Source: Oopsacas minuta
Lineage: Eukaryota > Animalia > Porifera
Direction of reading: 5' to 3'
Length of the DNA stretch: 64,000 nt
Assembly (NCBI GenBank): GCA_024704765.1
Contig: JAKMXF010000310.1
Span: 496,001 to 560,000 of the forward strand
Below are positions 31,143 to 44,880 of the stretch, in pieces. The translations under genes were made by a program, and so were the position numbers. The stretch's first letter is position 1. Each line of letters opens with the position of its first letter. The notes under the pieces were generated by a model. That model did not search any database, was not told where the DNA came from, and saw only the letters and a list, made by a program, of their open reading frames with translations.

Positions 31143-33665
31143 CTAGGGCCTGAGAGCATAGTTAGAGCTTAGTTCTGAGTTTATAAGGCTGAGATATTGA
31201 GCTGTATTAACCTGATTCAGAATAACATTAGGCATATGCAGGTCCAGAGGAGGATTGAATACAATAGAAGCAATGTTAGGCAATCTGAGAGCTGAGATCA
31301 GCTGAGAAGCACGGCTACATAGAATTCTCTTATCTGAGGCGGATAAGCTAGAATCAGCTGTTTGCTGATCTACCTTACGTATACATAGTATAACTCTAGG
31401 AATAAGAGTCTGACTACGTGACGCTAGTTTAGACATAGCGGTTAATAACATAACTACTAGTTTAGCTGAGTACACACCTCTCTGAGGTCTCTGTTGTACT
31501 GGCCTACCGTGTATACTAGCAGATGCTTCGTAAGCAAGAGATTCAAATACTTCATAGAACTGGTCGTATGTTTCAGAGTTGCATCGAGCATCTATTGAAG
31601 CTCTAGCATACTCTCCGATAAGGAATACTACATACGAGAAGAATCCATCGTTACCAGCGCTGAGACTAGAGTGTTGACCTACGAACTCCAGCAGCTCAGA
31701 AGCATGATCCATGAGTACATCAGGATACTGTTGGAATATGCTCAGTAATGCACTACGTAATTCAGTACGTACATCTCTTCTGAAGCTAATAACATTATAC
31801 AGCTGTCTAGATCTCTCTAATATTACTGGTACTACCTTAGAAGCTAGGAGCTTGCTGTTAGCAGACAACAGAGCTTGGAAGTACCGAGTAAGTAGTAGAG
31901 GTGTGACGTCACAGGTAGCCAGCACCCTGGGGTGTGATGACATGTCTGACAACAGGAGGAGTAGAGAGTCTAGCTTGTCAATAGTATCACATTGTCCTGC
32001 TTCATTTCTCAGGAGAAAATTGAATACAAACTGGTAGCTATGCTCTTGACATGCCTGTACACTATCAGAGAATGTAGTTAATCCGTCCTTAGAGTACTGC
32101 TGTGCCTGGAGAGCAGCAGAGAGACAGGGGAGGTCTAGCAAGAAGTGCAGAAGTTCTAGGGCAGTGGTTGAGGTGAGCATGTAAGGAAGGAGTTGTTGGA
32201 AATCTTGAACATACGTGACAGGACTCCAGGCTAATATCTTAAGCCAGTTAGGGAAGTAGCGAGTAAATACAGATCCTTCTCTGAGTGTGTTAGCGTTTCT
32301 CAATCCAAATAGAATAGTATCCATAGCTAATCCCTGGTTATGATAGGAATTAGCTATATTAGAGCCAAAGAATGAATCTAGTGCTTTATCTGTATCAAAT
32401 GCTATAGCATCTCCATGATGTAGGAAGAATTCTACTAGATGAAGTACCACACGATCTCTGTCTGAGCTCTGTAGTAGCAGACGTTTGAGGGTAGGAAATA
32501 GTTTAGAGCTCAGGCCTCCGTCTCTTATACATATCCTATCTATCAGTATTACTGCTTCTATCAGACAGGCCTGTAGCATGTCGTCATCCTCCTTCTTGAG
32601 AGGCTTACGCTGACTCTGATCTATAACTCTCTGACAGTACTCTATTATCCTCTCTTGAAATGTATTGTTACCTAGCTTAGAGCTGGTGGAGAGACGAGCT
32701 AGACTCCCGTCCATTGATTCGTTAGTGAAACTAGAGCTAGCACGGATTAAGGGTACAGGGCTGCTACTGGGTGTTGTATCAGGAGGTGATGTGTTAATAC
32801 TCTGAGAGAAAGGACTCTCCCTCCCGGATATACTAGGAGTACTACCTCTTGAAGCTAGGAATAATATTTCTACTGTCTCCCATTGACTATACGTACAATC
32901 TATCCAATTTCTCATCAGTGACCAGCTCATGATATTAAGCATCTGTTCACCTCCGTAGTTACTGGCTAGATTCAGACAAGTGAAGAAGTCCTGACATGTA
33001 GCTCCGTCTAGCTCCTTAACGAAGTTCTTGGGTTGTTTCTTCTGAATCTTTGTAAGAGGGAATCCGCCTGTTATCTGAGTTTTTGGAGCAAACCTTAGCC
33101 ATACCCCCAGTTGTTTATTTAGTGTATTCATCTCCTCGCTACCTATCAATCTGACGTCACGATACACATGATGTATATTACTGATACATGCTAGTATAGG
33201 CACTAGTGTATCTAGCTCCTGAGGAGATGAGTGAGCTAAGCAGCGTACCATCTGTGTAGCAGCCTGTGTAATCTGTCTTTGATTTACAGACTGTTGGAGG
33301 ATGAAGGGGAGGATCAGAGGGAGGGTAGCAGTGTCTGGAGGGAGGGGAACAGTAGGGAGGGAAGGGATAGGAGCTAAATCTCTGAGAATCGCAGCACATA
33401 ACCATCTCAGCTTGAGGGTCTCTCTCTCAGAATCTACAGCTGTTTGGGATAGTATCTCTACCAGATGTATAGGAACAGCTGGATTATCAATATTAACTAA
33501 TACTATGTAGAACAGCTGTCTGAGCTGTACGAGCGTATCACTGCTTCTCTCCCTGGAGGATACTTGTTGGAATACCTTATCATACCAAGCTACTATCTGT
33601 TGGTTACGCTCTCTACCCTTAGCATATAGAGAACTGATTATGACGTCAGGGTTCTGTTCTGACAT
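31143..33665 (-). CDS. AP5Z1: AP-5 complex subunit zeta-1 (SPG48)
   Basis: 840-aa single exon. LRQLFYIV, FFTCLN..QMLNIMSWSLMRNW, EYCQRVIDQS.RKP, ACLIEAV.ILD.IC, FPNWLKILAWSP, ELLHFLLDLPCL, IGEY, YEVFESLAYE, KLASRSQ.LIPRV, ALRLPNIAS.VF.P. Confidence 0.9.
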   Translation of the reverse strand: MSEQNPDVIISSLYAKGRERNQQIVAWYDKVFQQVSSRERSSDTLVQLRQLFYIVLVNIDNPAVPIHLVEILSQTAVDSERETLKLRWLCAAILRDLAPIPSLPTVPLPPDTATLPLILPFILQQSVNQRQITQAATQMVRCLAHSSPQELDTLVPILACISNIHHVYRDVRLIGSEEMNTLNKQLGVWLRFAPKTQITGGFPLTKIQKKQPKNFVKELDGATCQDFFTCLNLASNYGGEQMLNIMSWSLMRNWIDCTYSQWETVEILFLASRGSTPSISGRESPFSQSINTSPPDTTPSSSPVPLIRASSSFTNESMDGSLARLSTSSKLGNNTFQERIIEYCQRVIDQSQRKPLKKEDDDMLQACLIEAVILIDRICIRDGGLSSKLFPTLKRLLLQSSDRDRVVLHLVEFFLHHGDAIAFDTDKALDSFFGSNIANSYHNQGLAMDTILFGLRNANTLREGSVFTRYFPNWLKILAWSPVTYVQDFQQLLPYMLTSTTALELLHFLLDLPCLSAALQAQQYSKDGLTTFSDSVQACQEHSYQFVFNFLLRNEAGQCDTIDKLDSLLLLLSDMSSHPRVLATCDVTPLLLTRYFQALLSANSKLLASKVVPVILERSRQLYNVISFRRDVRTELRSALLSIFQQYPDVLMDHASELLEFVGQHSSLSAGNDGFFSYVVFLIGEYARASIDARCNSETYDQFYEVFESLAYEASASIHGRPVQQRPQRGVYSAKLVVMLLTAMSKLASRSQTLIPRVILCIRKVDQQTADSSLSASDKRILCSRASQLISALRLPNIASIVFNPPLDLHMPNVILNQVNTAQYLSLINSELSSNYALRP

Positions 33666-34085
33666 CTGTATATGGAGTTACAATTAATTATATACTCCGC
33701 TGTGAATAATCTGAACAAGAAGCTATCAGTAGAATATTTCCAAATAATTGAATCATTAGCAAATAAAATACACTGGAATTTAGAGAACAATACTACTTAC
33801 TATACTTAGTATATGTATGTAGGGTGGTTCAAAATTAAGTAATGCTTCCAAGGGAGATCTCACTCCTGATCAAAATTCTACTTCTAAGTTCTCATCAATA
33901 TGCATTTCCTTCTCCGAGTGGTTATACTTGTGTTAATTTTTATGTTATATCGCCAATGCTGTATGTATAATCTGAATAAACTGAATAGATTAAAATAATC
34001 ATGATAGGTGGCTAACATAATATTTAATAAGTGAATTGAATATCCTGTAAGTGATAGAGTTGTGTAGCTACATACATTACAGTAA

Positions 34086-35567
34086 TCAGATGGTATTCTT
34101 AACAACATGAGCTGCTTCTACTACAGTTATTGGCGCAGGTAGTCTCCTCTTATCCCCCAGCATAGGTCCTTGATAGGTTAAAGGTGACGTCATACACTGC
34201 ATCAGGGGATTAGCACGACTCATTACGTCGTCACTAACCGATATTCCCTCCAGATACTGTTTCAGCATTGTTCTGAGTTTGTGGTTCTGAATAGAGAGCT
34301 TCTCTTTCTCCTTCTCCAGTGCGTGTACATCTAGTGTTACCTTGTTAACTCTCTTCCAGAAATTTTCCATAGCTTTATAATCTTCCAGAACTTTGCTCAG
34401 CTCTTCTCTAGGCTGCTGTTCAGTGAGAGATTTTATAGCTGCTTCCTCCTCTTGAGTTAAACTGCTCTGATAGAAGGGTAGCACCTTCTCTTCCTCAGTC
34501 TCCTTCTTCCTACATATTTCAGATAATCTCAGCACCTTCCCTCCTTTATCCTTCAGCTCCCTTAGCCTTTTAGCAGACCTGCTTGTCTGCATTGTAAGCT
34601 TCATCAAATCTTTCCTCTCTCTCTCACGCTCTCTTCCCAAATAAGATTTCAGATCTCTGAGAGAACTAACTACCATTTCTTTATTCTCTCGCATGGCACT
34701 ACTCTCAGTCTTGTGCTCCTTAGAGTTAACATCCATTGTTCCTCTAATACTGTTTATATTATCCTGGAAACGTTGTATAGTTTTCATTTGTTTATTTATC
34801 TTTTCACTATTCAGAATATCCTGCGATTTCAAGTTCTCATAATTGCTCTTCTTGTCCTCAGTCAGACGTCTGTATTCCTCTTTTCCATGGTTAAACACAC
34901 TAACGAGAGCCTGAAATTCCTCGTTTTTCTGATCCTTGAGTGCATGTTTAGAATCCATCTGCTTATTTTTAATTTCATCCATACTACTCTGATATTCCTT
35001 TTTCTTAGCCTCAACCCTCTCTTCCTGTCTCAGCTGCATAGCGTACATAACTTCATGCCAGTACTGTTGCTGTTTCTTGTGTTTATCCTCCATGCTATTC
35101 CTCTCTAGTTGATAATCACTCTGTAAGTGTTCCAGCTGGTCATCAAAGTCTTTATCAAGTGCGTTAAGACGCCGCTTCTGTAGATCGTACAGTTTATCCA
35201 GTTCACAGAGGTGAGACCTGTGAGCCATCATATACTGCTCTTCAGCCTCTAATAACTCCTCTGATAACGCCTGGAGAATAGCTCCTTTGTTGTCAACCAC
35301 CCGCTCAAATTTTTGCTTCACAACCTCTATTTCCTGTCTGAGACCATCTGTCTTTACTCCTCGTAGAATCATCCGCCATTTCTCTTGTAGCTTTAGTGTG
35401 TTTAGCTTAGAACACTTCTCCTCACGGATAACTTTCTCTTTCAAGAAGTCTAGCAGTGCTCTCTCTTGGTTCTTCAGTATCTCCTCTTCCTCTAGCTGCT
35501 TCTGGTGGAGGTATTCTACTCGTTCCTCTTCTGTCATGTTCTTTAGCTTGTCCTTTTTTTTTGGCAT
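34086..35567 (-). CDS. CCDC65: Dynein regulatory complex subunit 2 (coiled coil)
   Basis: MPKKK...EERV.YL.QK.LEEEE; KLQEKWRMILR; FERVVD.K; EEQY..A.RSHL..LDKL; LSEICRKKETEEEKVLPFY; ENFWKRVNKVTLD; LRTMLKQYLEGISVSD.V....NPL. In-frame TTG upstream at 35603, but the ATG at 35567 fits the family N-terminus. Confidence 0.9.
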   Translation of the reverse strand: MPKKKDKLKNMTEEERVEYLHQKQLEEEEILKNQERALLDFLKEKVIREEKCSKLNTLKLQEKWRMILRGVKTDGLRQEIEVVKQKFERVVDNKGAILQALSEELLEAEEQYMMAHRSHLCELDKLYDLQKRRLNALDKDFDDQLEHLQSDYQLERNSMEDKHKKQQQYWHEVMYAMQLRQEERVEAKKKEYQSSMDEIKNKQMDSKHALKDQKNEEFQALVSVFNHGKEEYRRLTEDKKSNYENLKSQDILNSEKINKQMKTIQRFQDNINSIRGTMDVNSKEHKTESSAMRENKEMVVSSLRDLKSYLGRERERERKDLMKLTMQTSRSAKRLRELKDKGGKVLRLSEICRKKETEEEKVLPFYQSSLTQEEEAAIKSLTEQQPREELSKVLEDYKAMENFWKRVNKVTLDVHALEKEKEKLSIQNHKLRTMLKQYLEGISVSDDVMSRANPLMQCMTSPLTYQGPMLGDKRRLPAPITVVEAAHVVKNTI

Positions 35568-36727
35568 ATTGATGCTGAAGGCTAATTGGTAATGAGATAC
35601 CAAATAGTATTCATAAAATAATCCCTATCGAATTGGTATTGTTCAATTCACATCGCTTGATAAGATGCAAACAATGGCGTAGCCTACATAAGGCCTCTTG
35701 TATAATGTTTTACGAGATAAATGCTTACTAGACAAATATTTTGACACATTCCTGAATATTTGTACATATATTGGTTGATAGTTTGCTGTTATAGTTCTGA
35801 ACTCCATACAAATACTTAGGTCTACACGTACATCCCTAGTCCAAAATCCTAAAGGAATTGTAGGGCCTGAAGTAGGCTATGGATATGGCAATATGTAGGA
35901 ATTTAGAGCTAATTGACAGCAGGATATGAGGGATTAGAATATGTGAATAATTTCTATCCAGTAAAGTAGAATAGCTGGAATAGAAGTAACAACATCTTAT
36001 ACTGGAAAGTAATCCTCATCTAATAAAGATTCCAGCACACGAGAGAATTGTCAATTCACTTACATATAATTAAACGTACACAAATACTCTAATAAATGCG
36101 AGAACTAGTGCCAACCACACAACGTTGCATGTAACATCATTACACTGTGCATGAAGCATGGTGAGAATAGCATACTTGTTGTAATGCATTGATGTAAACC
36201 TGAAAGATTCCTTCTAAAAATCGGTGAGTTTTGGTATATATGTATCAGAGAGGTGTTATTCTCAGGACCCTAGGGTCTTGATAGAAAATCCCAAGACCCT
36301 AGGGCCCTAGCATTATTTCTGAGACCCTGTTTGAAAGTAATCAAAATACACTAGACTGATATAATAAGTTTTTAAAATACACTAACTATAGGGCCCTACA
36401 TATAATTTTCCTGTATCAGAAATGCGAATGGCGAAATTTTCGTTGCCAGAATTTCGCCGAATTTTCATTTTTGGATATTTGGTTACACAGAATTGGTAAA
36501 TCAACATCAGTATAATAAGTCATTAATAATAATAATAATAATAATAACAACATTAATAAATACGAAATTTCCGTTTACCCAGAAATACAGTTAAGGTACA
36601 AGAAACTGTGAGATTCTAGAGTTAGAACCACAAGAATCCATGAGAGTTAAGTTGCCATCTCTGTGTATAATTGTACCATTATGACTAAGGAGTTATGTAT
36701 TATTTATCATACAATTGTTTCAATTAG

Positions 36728-37080
36728 ACATGAACTTATACCAAAACCCTCACGAAGAAAGAGACCCTACTAACCGAGGAGAAGTTTTGTCAAGTAAGCT
36801 CTCACCAAAACATTAATTTACTGTATTAGAAATATTGATATTTACTGTATTTCTAATTTATCTAGCTTATGTACCGATGAAAGGTGTGATATGTGATGAA
36901 GATGAGAAAAACTATGATGACGTAATTAACGTAAACCCACATTTTCAATCTAATAATATGCCAAACATGAACCCAGATAGAGATGTATATGACGACATAA
37001 CAAACGTAAATCCGGACTTTAGCCCGAATAGCTATGAGAACATGCGTAGTATAAAGATGGATTATTCCACTGAAAAACTG
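36728..37080 (+). CDS. Two spliced exons (36728-36793, 36866-37080) encoding an acidic, tyrosine-motif-rich unstructured segment; gene ends unresolved
   Basis: Acceptor TTTTCAATTAG, donor GTAAGC, 72-nt intron with CTAAT branch point, donor GTAAGT. Joined reading MNLYQNPHEE...STYVPMKG...NYDDVINVNPHF...VYDDITNVNPDF...SYENMRS. Confidence 0.55.
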
Positions 37081-38172
37081 GTAAGTAAACAATGTAAATT
37101 TCGTATCTAGAATGAGAAATATTGAACAGCTGATAATTTCTTAGCTTTAATACTGATGACTGGTAGTACAGTCGCAGATTTGTCTGTCTTTGATGCATAA
37201 ACAACTTTCGAAAGTTTGTCACCCTACACCCACAGTATAACTAGTTAATATACACGTATATTATACTCGTCAATTAATTAGTAATAATTTTATATTTTGA
37301 AAGATATAAGTATTTGTATGTCTGTATATTATTGCTAATTAAACATTAAGGGGTACTCAAATTATATACAAAGTTTTAAAAGTGATATTCTTGAATGGTT
37401 TGTAAGGCAGTGCTCAATGTCAAATAAGAGCGGTTTACAAAATCTTGGTGCGGTAGACTTCATTACAGGGACATATTAGGAAGTTATATTTATATTTTCT
37501 CCTACACATGACACAAAATGCTGATTACAGAATTTTTCCGTCCCGCTATTCTCTTCACTTTGTTTGGCATTTAAGGCATGCAAAAATATTACAATATTTA
37601 TACAGATACAAACTCTAACGTGTGTTATTCGTGAGTCGCTTTGATTTTCGCTCGGATATTACTGATAATTTATGGGTGTTTTGGCTCCTTAACAGACTTT
37701 TGCATGCAGAGATGATAATCTCACGGGTTGGTGAGACCTGATCCTGATACGCCATGTTAGCATCTATGTATAATATCTCAGATCTGACTAACACGAGTTA
37801 TATTGCTAATTATATGAAAATCTATTTATAGTTTCGAGACAGAAAATATACAACTTTATTCTGATAATCATAGGTACAAACTCTAATTCAGGAAAAATGA
37901 TAAATCTAAATATATTTCTATTTTTTGGGAGACAATAGTTTGCTAATATTATACAATAATTATCACATGGCAACTGAAGTCTATGATTGGAATTCAACCA
38001 CTACTACAACATGAATACATAGCTGGACAAAATGTGGAATAGATACATTACTTACGTATGAATTATTATACAATACTTACAATCAGTTATAGATATAGTC
38101 ATTTCATACTGATTGGTAATAAATAAGTATAAAACGAAGCAAGCAACTCATACAAGTACTAAGCAGTGAAGG

Positions 38173-39069
38173 ATGGCAGAAAACAAACCAAAATTCACAG
38201 ATGATGTACTTACAGAGCCGTACCATTATCTGACACAAAAACCTGGTAAAGGAGTGCGTTTAAAATTGGTAAAAGCATTCAACCATTGGTTAAACATATC
38301 CCATCATACTATGAGCACAATATGTGAAGTAACCCAGATGTTGCATAACGCTAGTCTACTTGTGGATGACATAGAAGATGATTCCGTCCTCAGAAGGAGC
38401 TTACCAGTTGCACACAAAGTATTTGGTACTCCACAGACACTGAACTGTGCTAACTACATGTACTTCGTAGCATTGAATAAGATAGTAAAGTTACAAAACC
38501 CTGAGACCGTCGACATATTCTCAGACGCATTGCTCAAGCTACACAAAGGACAAGGTATGGACATATACTGGAGAGATAACTTCGTCTGTCCCACAGAAGA
38601 AGAGTACCGGGAGATGGCTATTAGCAAAACAGCTGGACTATTCAGGCTAGCTATTGATATAATGCAGGTGTATAGTGAGAATAAGAGGGATCTAGGACCA
38701 CTGGTTGTTGACATAGGGCTGTACTTCCAAATAAGAGATGATTATGCTAACTTAGTCTCAGAGGAGTATGAGAAGAATAAGAGTTTTGCTGAAGATCTGA
38801 GCGAAGGAAAGTTCTCATTTCCTATCATTCACGGATTCAGAGAAGAGAAAGACTCTCAGATACAAGCAATTTTACGACAAAGAACAACAGATTTTCAAGT
38901 CAAAAAGTACTGTACATCTCTACTGAGAAAGATAGGGTCTCTTGAGTATACGGAAGGGGTTCTAGCTAAATTAGAAGTTTCTATTTTGGAAAAGATTAAA
39001 GGACTGGGCGGAAATCCGTTACTGGAAGCTATGATAAAAGAATTGGCGAAAGTATACAGCGTATCTTAG
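38173..39069 (+). CDS. GGPS1: Geranylgeranyl pyrophosphate synthase
   Basis: EPYHYL.QKPGK, MLHNASLLVDDIEDDS.LRR (first DDxxD), LHKGQGMDIYWRD, KTAGLFRL, QIRDDY.NL (second DDxxD), EDLSEGKFSFPIIH. Confidence 0.95.
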   Translation: MAENKPKFTDDVLTEPYHYLTQKPGKGVRLKLVKAFNHWLNISHHTMSTICEVTQMLHNASLLVDDIEDDSVLRRSLPVAHKVFGTPQTLNCANYMYFVALNKIVKLQNPETVDIFSDALLKLHKGQGMDIYWRDNFVCPTEEEYREMAISKTAGLFRLAIDIMQVYSENKRDLGPLVVDIGLYFQIRDDYANLVSEEYEKNKSFAEDLSEGKFSFPIIHGFREEKDSQIQAILRQRTTDFQVKKYCTSLLRKIGSLEYTEGVLAKLEVSILEKIKGLGGNPLLEAMIKELAKVYSVS

Positions 39070-39699
39070 CTCATATATTGGTAATTAAAAGTTTGAGTAT
39101 AATTGTGCATTACATAGCCAGAAATTGAATTGATTAATTAATTCAATTCATAAATTGTACATTTTATCAATTGATTTAGAATTTCATAGCGTTTTCACTA
39201 AATATTTCCAGAATAATCAGTACAATTGAGAATTCGGATTGTTGAATTATAGCCTACATCTAACGGAATGCTATGACTGACTGATTAGTGATTAGGAATT
39301 AAATATCCAACAAAACGACACAAACTAACACAAAATACAATCTATAATTGTCATATTCTACTAGATACCTAGACAGGGTCAGTGAAACCATTCCTCTCAC
39401 AGTAGTGACATTGTATCCATTAATCCTTCTATAATTTCATAGAACAATTCTCTTCATGCGATGCACAAAGTGTTTTGAGTCTCAATCCCAAATTTCTAAT
39501 CCAAACACTAATTTGTAAAGTCCCTTGTCTCAGCGCGCTTTCGAGATAATATGATAATGTTGTATTGGTGGAGTAGCAAACGTTCACAAATCAAAACTCG
39601 ATAGAAAATTGTAGCTATCTGATCTTATTCCCAATTTTCTAGCACTGTTTAGCATATGACATACTGTCATCATTAACCTATTTTGTAAATCAACATTAA

Positions 39700-39973
39700 C
39701 CCAGCGGTGGCTATGTTGTTCCATTAGGACCCCCTGTCACGAAATTTTACCCAGACCCCATAGCCAACAGTAATCATCATATTGGGGTCTACAGAGACCC
39801 CATAGCCAACAGTAATCATCATATTGGGGCTACAGAGACCCCATAGCCAACAGTAATCTTCAATTTGGGGTGTACCGAAACCCCATAGCCAATTTTGATC
39901 TCTACGGTCAATGACTTTTTGGCTAGACCCCATAGCCAATTGTATAAATGAAATTAGCCTAGCCACCGCTGGG
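39700..39973. mobile_element. piggyBac-type MITE, 274 bp, with internal tandem repeats
   Basis: TTAA TSD on both sides; perfect 14-bp TIR CCCAGCGGTGGCTA. Core GACCCCATAGCCAA at 39754, 39796, 39837, 39879 (variant) and 39926, period about 42 bp. Confidence 0.85.
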
Positions 39974-41524
39974 TTAAGCACAGAGATGAGTAAATATCTG
40001 TATTAATTAAGACTCATATAAACTATTCTATTTACATAAACTTATTCACTATTAAGTTTGTGCGTACTTTTATTCAAAATAGGAAACAAAAGAGTAGTAA
40101 AACTTTAGAGGAAGATAACTAACCTAACTTTAATACATTCCCACTCCTAAGTGTCATCCTACGGACAGTCTCATCCACGTGATCTCCCTGATAGTCTTAT
40201 CGACCTGAGTACTCCCAGTACTCATAGCATAGTTGGTCCAGACTCTAGAGTGACTTAACAGCTAACAGGTCAAATAATGGGAATCAAATAATTGTTAAAA
40301 TGCGTTTCTTGCATTTCTAATAAAATTCTAACACAATGCATAGCCATAGCATTCTATCACCAAGGCAATGGTACTGATTGATATACTTGGACCAGGGACA
40401 CGTCAAGTTAGTGCTAAGAAATTCTATTAGTTGCGATAAATTTTAAACGTTACATTTTGGCCAGATCAAAGATGCAATGATATCATTTTTAAATTCTGAC
40501 AATTGACAACAGTCTCAATAAACCATTCTGAGAAGTGACATCTATCAATATTTTGATACCAGGATGACACATTTCTGATAATCCACTTATAACTCGATAA
40601 TCGTTGAATTTATGGTCAAATCAAGATAGCTATCTGTGGCTGTAACTTAGCCTGTAAGTCTCTAACCAAGTCAGGTGAGGTGGCTTGAGAACCCCCTGCC
40701 CCCTGACTCAACGCCTATGGGTACGATTGGAGTGTTGAGGCAATGCAAGTTACATATACGTATACAAGAATTAGTTTTTAGTTAGGATCGCTTATTATGA
40801 ATTGAATCAAGACTTGTGGTCCCGATAACATCATTCCCATTGAATTTGTATTAATTAAATCCCAAGTGCGAAGTATCCTTATTATGAACAAGATGCTTGG
40901 TACCGTTGGTTCATAATAAGCGACCTTAATTCACGTCGTTCACATTCATATTCCTGTTGGATTGTCCACTTGTTGCAAGCCCTATAACTTCTACAAAAGT
41001 GACAGTACTTACAACAAAACATTTTTAGGGGTGACGAAACTTTGTAGCTGGTTACGAATCCGTAGTAAATATAAATTAATAGCACGCTTCGCTTGCTAGG
41101 TGGCTATGCAACAAGATATACTCAGCACACTGTGCTTCGAAGTAAAACAGCAGCTGAAATTTATGTATTTATATCCATAGACCATCCAAAATAGTAGGTG
41201 AGGCTATCACCACCGACCGGTCGGAGAGCCACAGATTGAATATTGACAACGACCGGAAACAACGTAATTCACTAATTTGAAAACATCATCCAATCTAACA
41301 GTTGTAGATCGCTTCAAATAACAAATTCCTCAATCTGGGGCACAAAATTCGGACAACACTCCCAGAACATAAGCGAGAAAACTAGCTCCCGGAGGTGTCA
41401 ATATTCACTTATGTAATGGTGTCTTGTGCATGCGAATGACACTGGAGCTGCTAAACATATACTCTACTTACAGAATAATTACGTTGTATTAGTATTATGA
41501 GTTTATTTATAGAGCGATGATCGG

Positions 41525-42274
41525 TTAATTTTCCCGATGATATTTAATATATGAAATGTGTATTATAGTAGTAATCTTACAGAGGTTTGAATATAAAATA
41601 TGATATGGAAAGGTTAGTCGGATCAAGATTGAATCTATTTCATGTTCTTCGCCGTTTGGAAATTTCATCAGGACATTTTTTCGCTTTTGAGAAGGAGTAT
41701 CCTTACTAAGAGGAGTTTTAGGATTCTGTGTAATAATTTCTTGATTTAATGGCATAGTACGAGGAAATACTATGTCAGTTTTGTTGCATGTAGATCTCGT
41801 GATAATTGCAATAATTCTGTTCTCATTTTTCAGTATTTTCCACAATTAGAGAAACTATTCTTGGGATATCTTGAATTCAATTAATAAGAAGTGTATATCT
41901 TTCCTCTTTAGTCTGTGAAAATGTGAAACGTTAGGTTCAGGTACCTGGTGATTAGTAGTTATTAGCTCATTTACTAAATTGCTCTTTTGTCTCTCACCTT
42001 TAACTAACCAAATATTGGATATGATATTATCTGGTATTTTGGTTATGTTCTTATGTAGATATAAACGTAAAATATGACGACATGGTAATTTTCCCCAACA
42101 AGTGGGGACAAGGCATTTACATGATGAAAGTGAAACGTGTCTAAGGCTTTCGGAACTACTAGTTATCTCAGAGGGTAAAGAGAGAGCACAAGCATTAATG
42201 TGATCACTCGAAACAAGTGTCCTTGAATCTTGATGATCCGAATCTAAAGGGGATTCAATGTGCTCATTAGCCAA
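41525..42274 (-). pseudogene. Relic of a SWIM-zinc-finger MULE transposase (ZSWIM-like C-terminus)
   Basis: CKCLVPTCWGKLPCRHIL matches SWIM CxCxnCxH, followed by IP..II...W. Broken into two ORFs; no ends found. Confidence 0.55.
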
Positions 42275-42868
42275 TTCCGGTTAAAAAGAGAACATTTCGC
42301 AGCTTTACGTACAATTTTTATCGCCTAATAGCTCTTGTACAGTATACTATATACAGAGTGATATTTATTATTTAACGAATCATAAATATCATTTTCTTTG
42401 ATATACTGTGGAGTCTCCCAATATTGGACACATTGGGGATTAGATTTTGTCCTTTGTAGGTGAATGTCCGCTTTACGAAGTGTCTGTTTGGGGAGACTTC
42501 ACTGTATAGTTTTCTATTGGATGCTGCTGAAGTTATATCTTCATATTATCTAGTTGTATATTTGGCACCTCACATGTATAGTAATAATTTACTACCAACA
42601 ACAAAGCTTGTAAAAAGTAATTTTCCATTTGTTTCATCGCTGCTGATTACCAACTACACTAGTAGTACATAAGCAATGAATATACTACAGTTTATATTTT
42701 CAAAAATTACAAATGTCCACAAATGCTGAACACCGTGAAAGGAAGTTTGGGAGATTGCCAAAGCTCTAATTTACTAAATTGAGTGTTATTATTCATGCAT
42801 TCATATCATTATTAAACCCCCATGAAATACCAGCTTCGGACGCCCCCTGATGGTAGAACATCGTAGAA

Positions 42869-44875
<2,007 letters not shown>

Positions 44876-44880
44876 CGTTA

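Noticed and set aside
35795-35970. Candidate plus-strand exons with GYGYGN and YEGLEYVN motifs
   Set aside because: Acceptors are plausible but both frames hit stops quickly and donor phases do not connect to neighbouring exons; unresolved without RNA data.
36525-36546. (AAT)n microsatellite, and (TA)n near 15677
   Set aside because: Ordinary short simple repeats in AT-rich intergenic DNA.
39100-41100. Coding-like relic segments on the minus strand
   Set aside because: Open stretches under 60 aa interrupted by stops; cannot be assigned.
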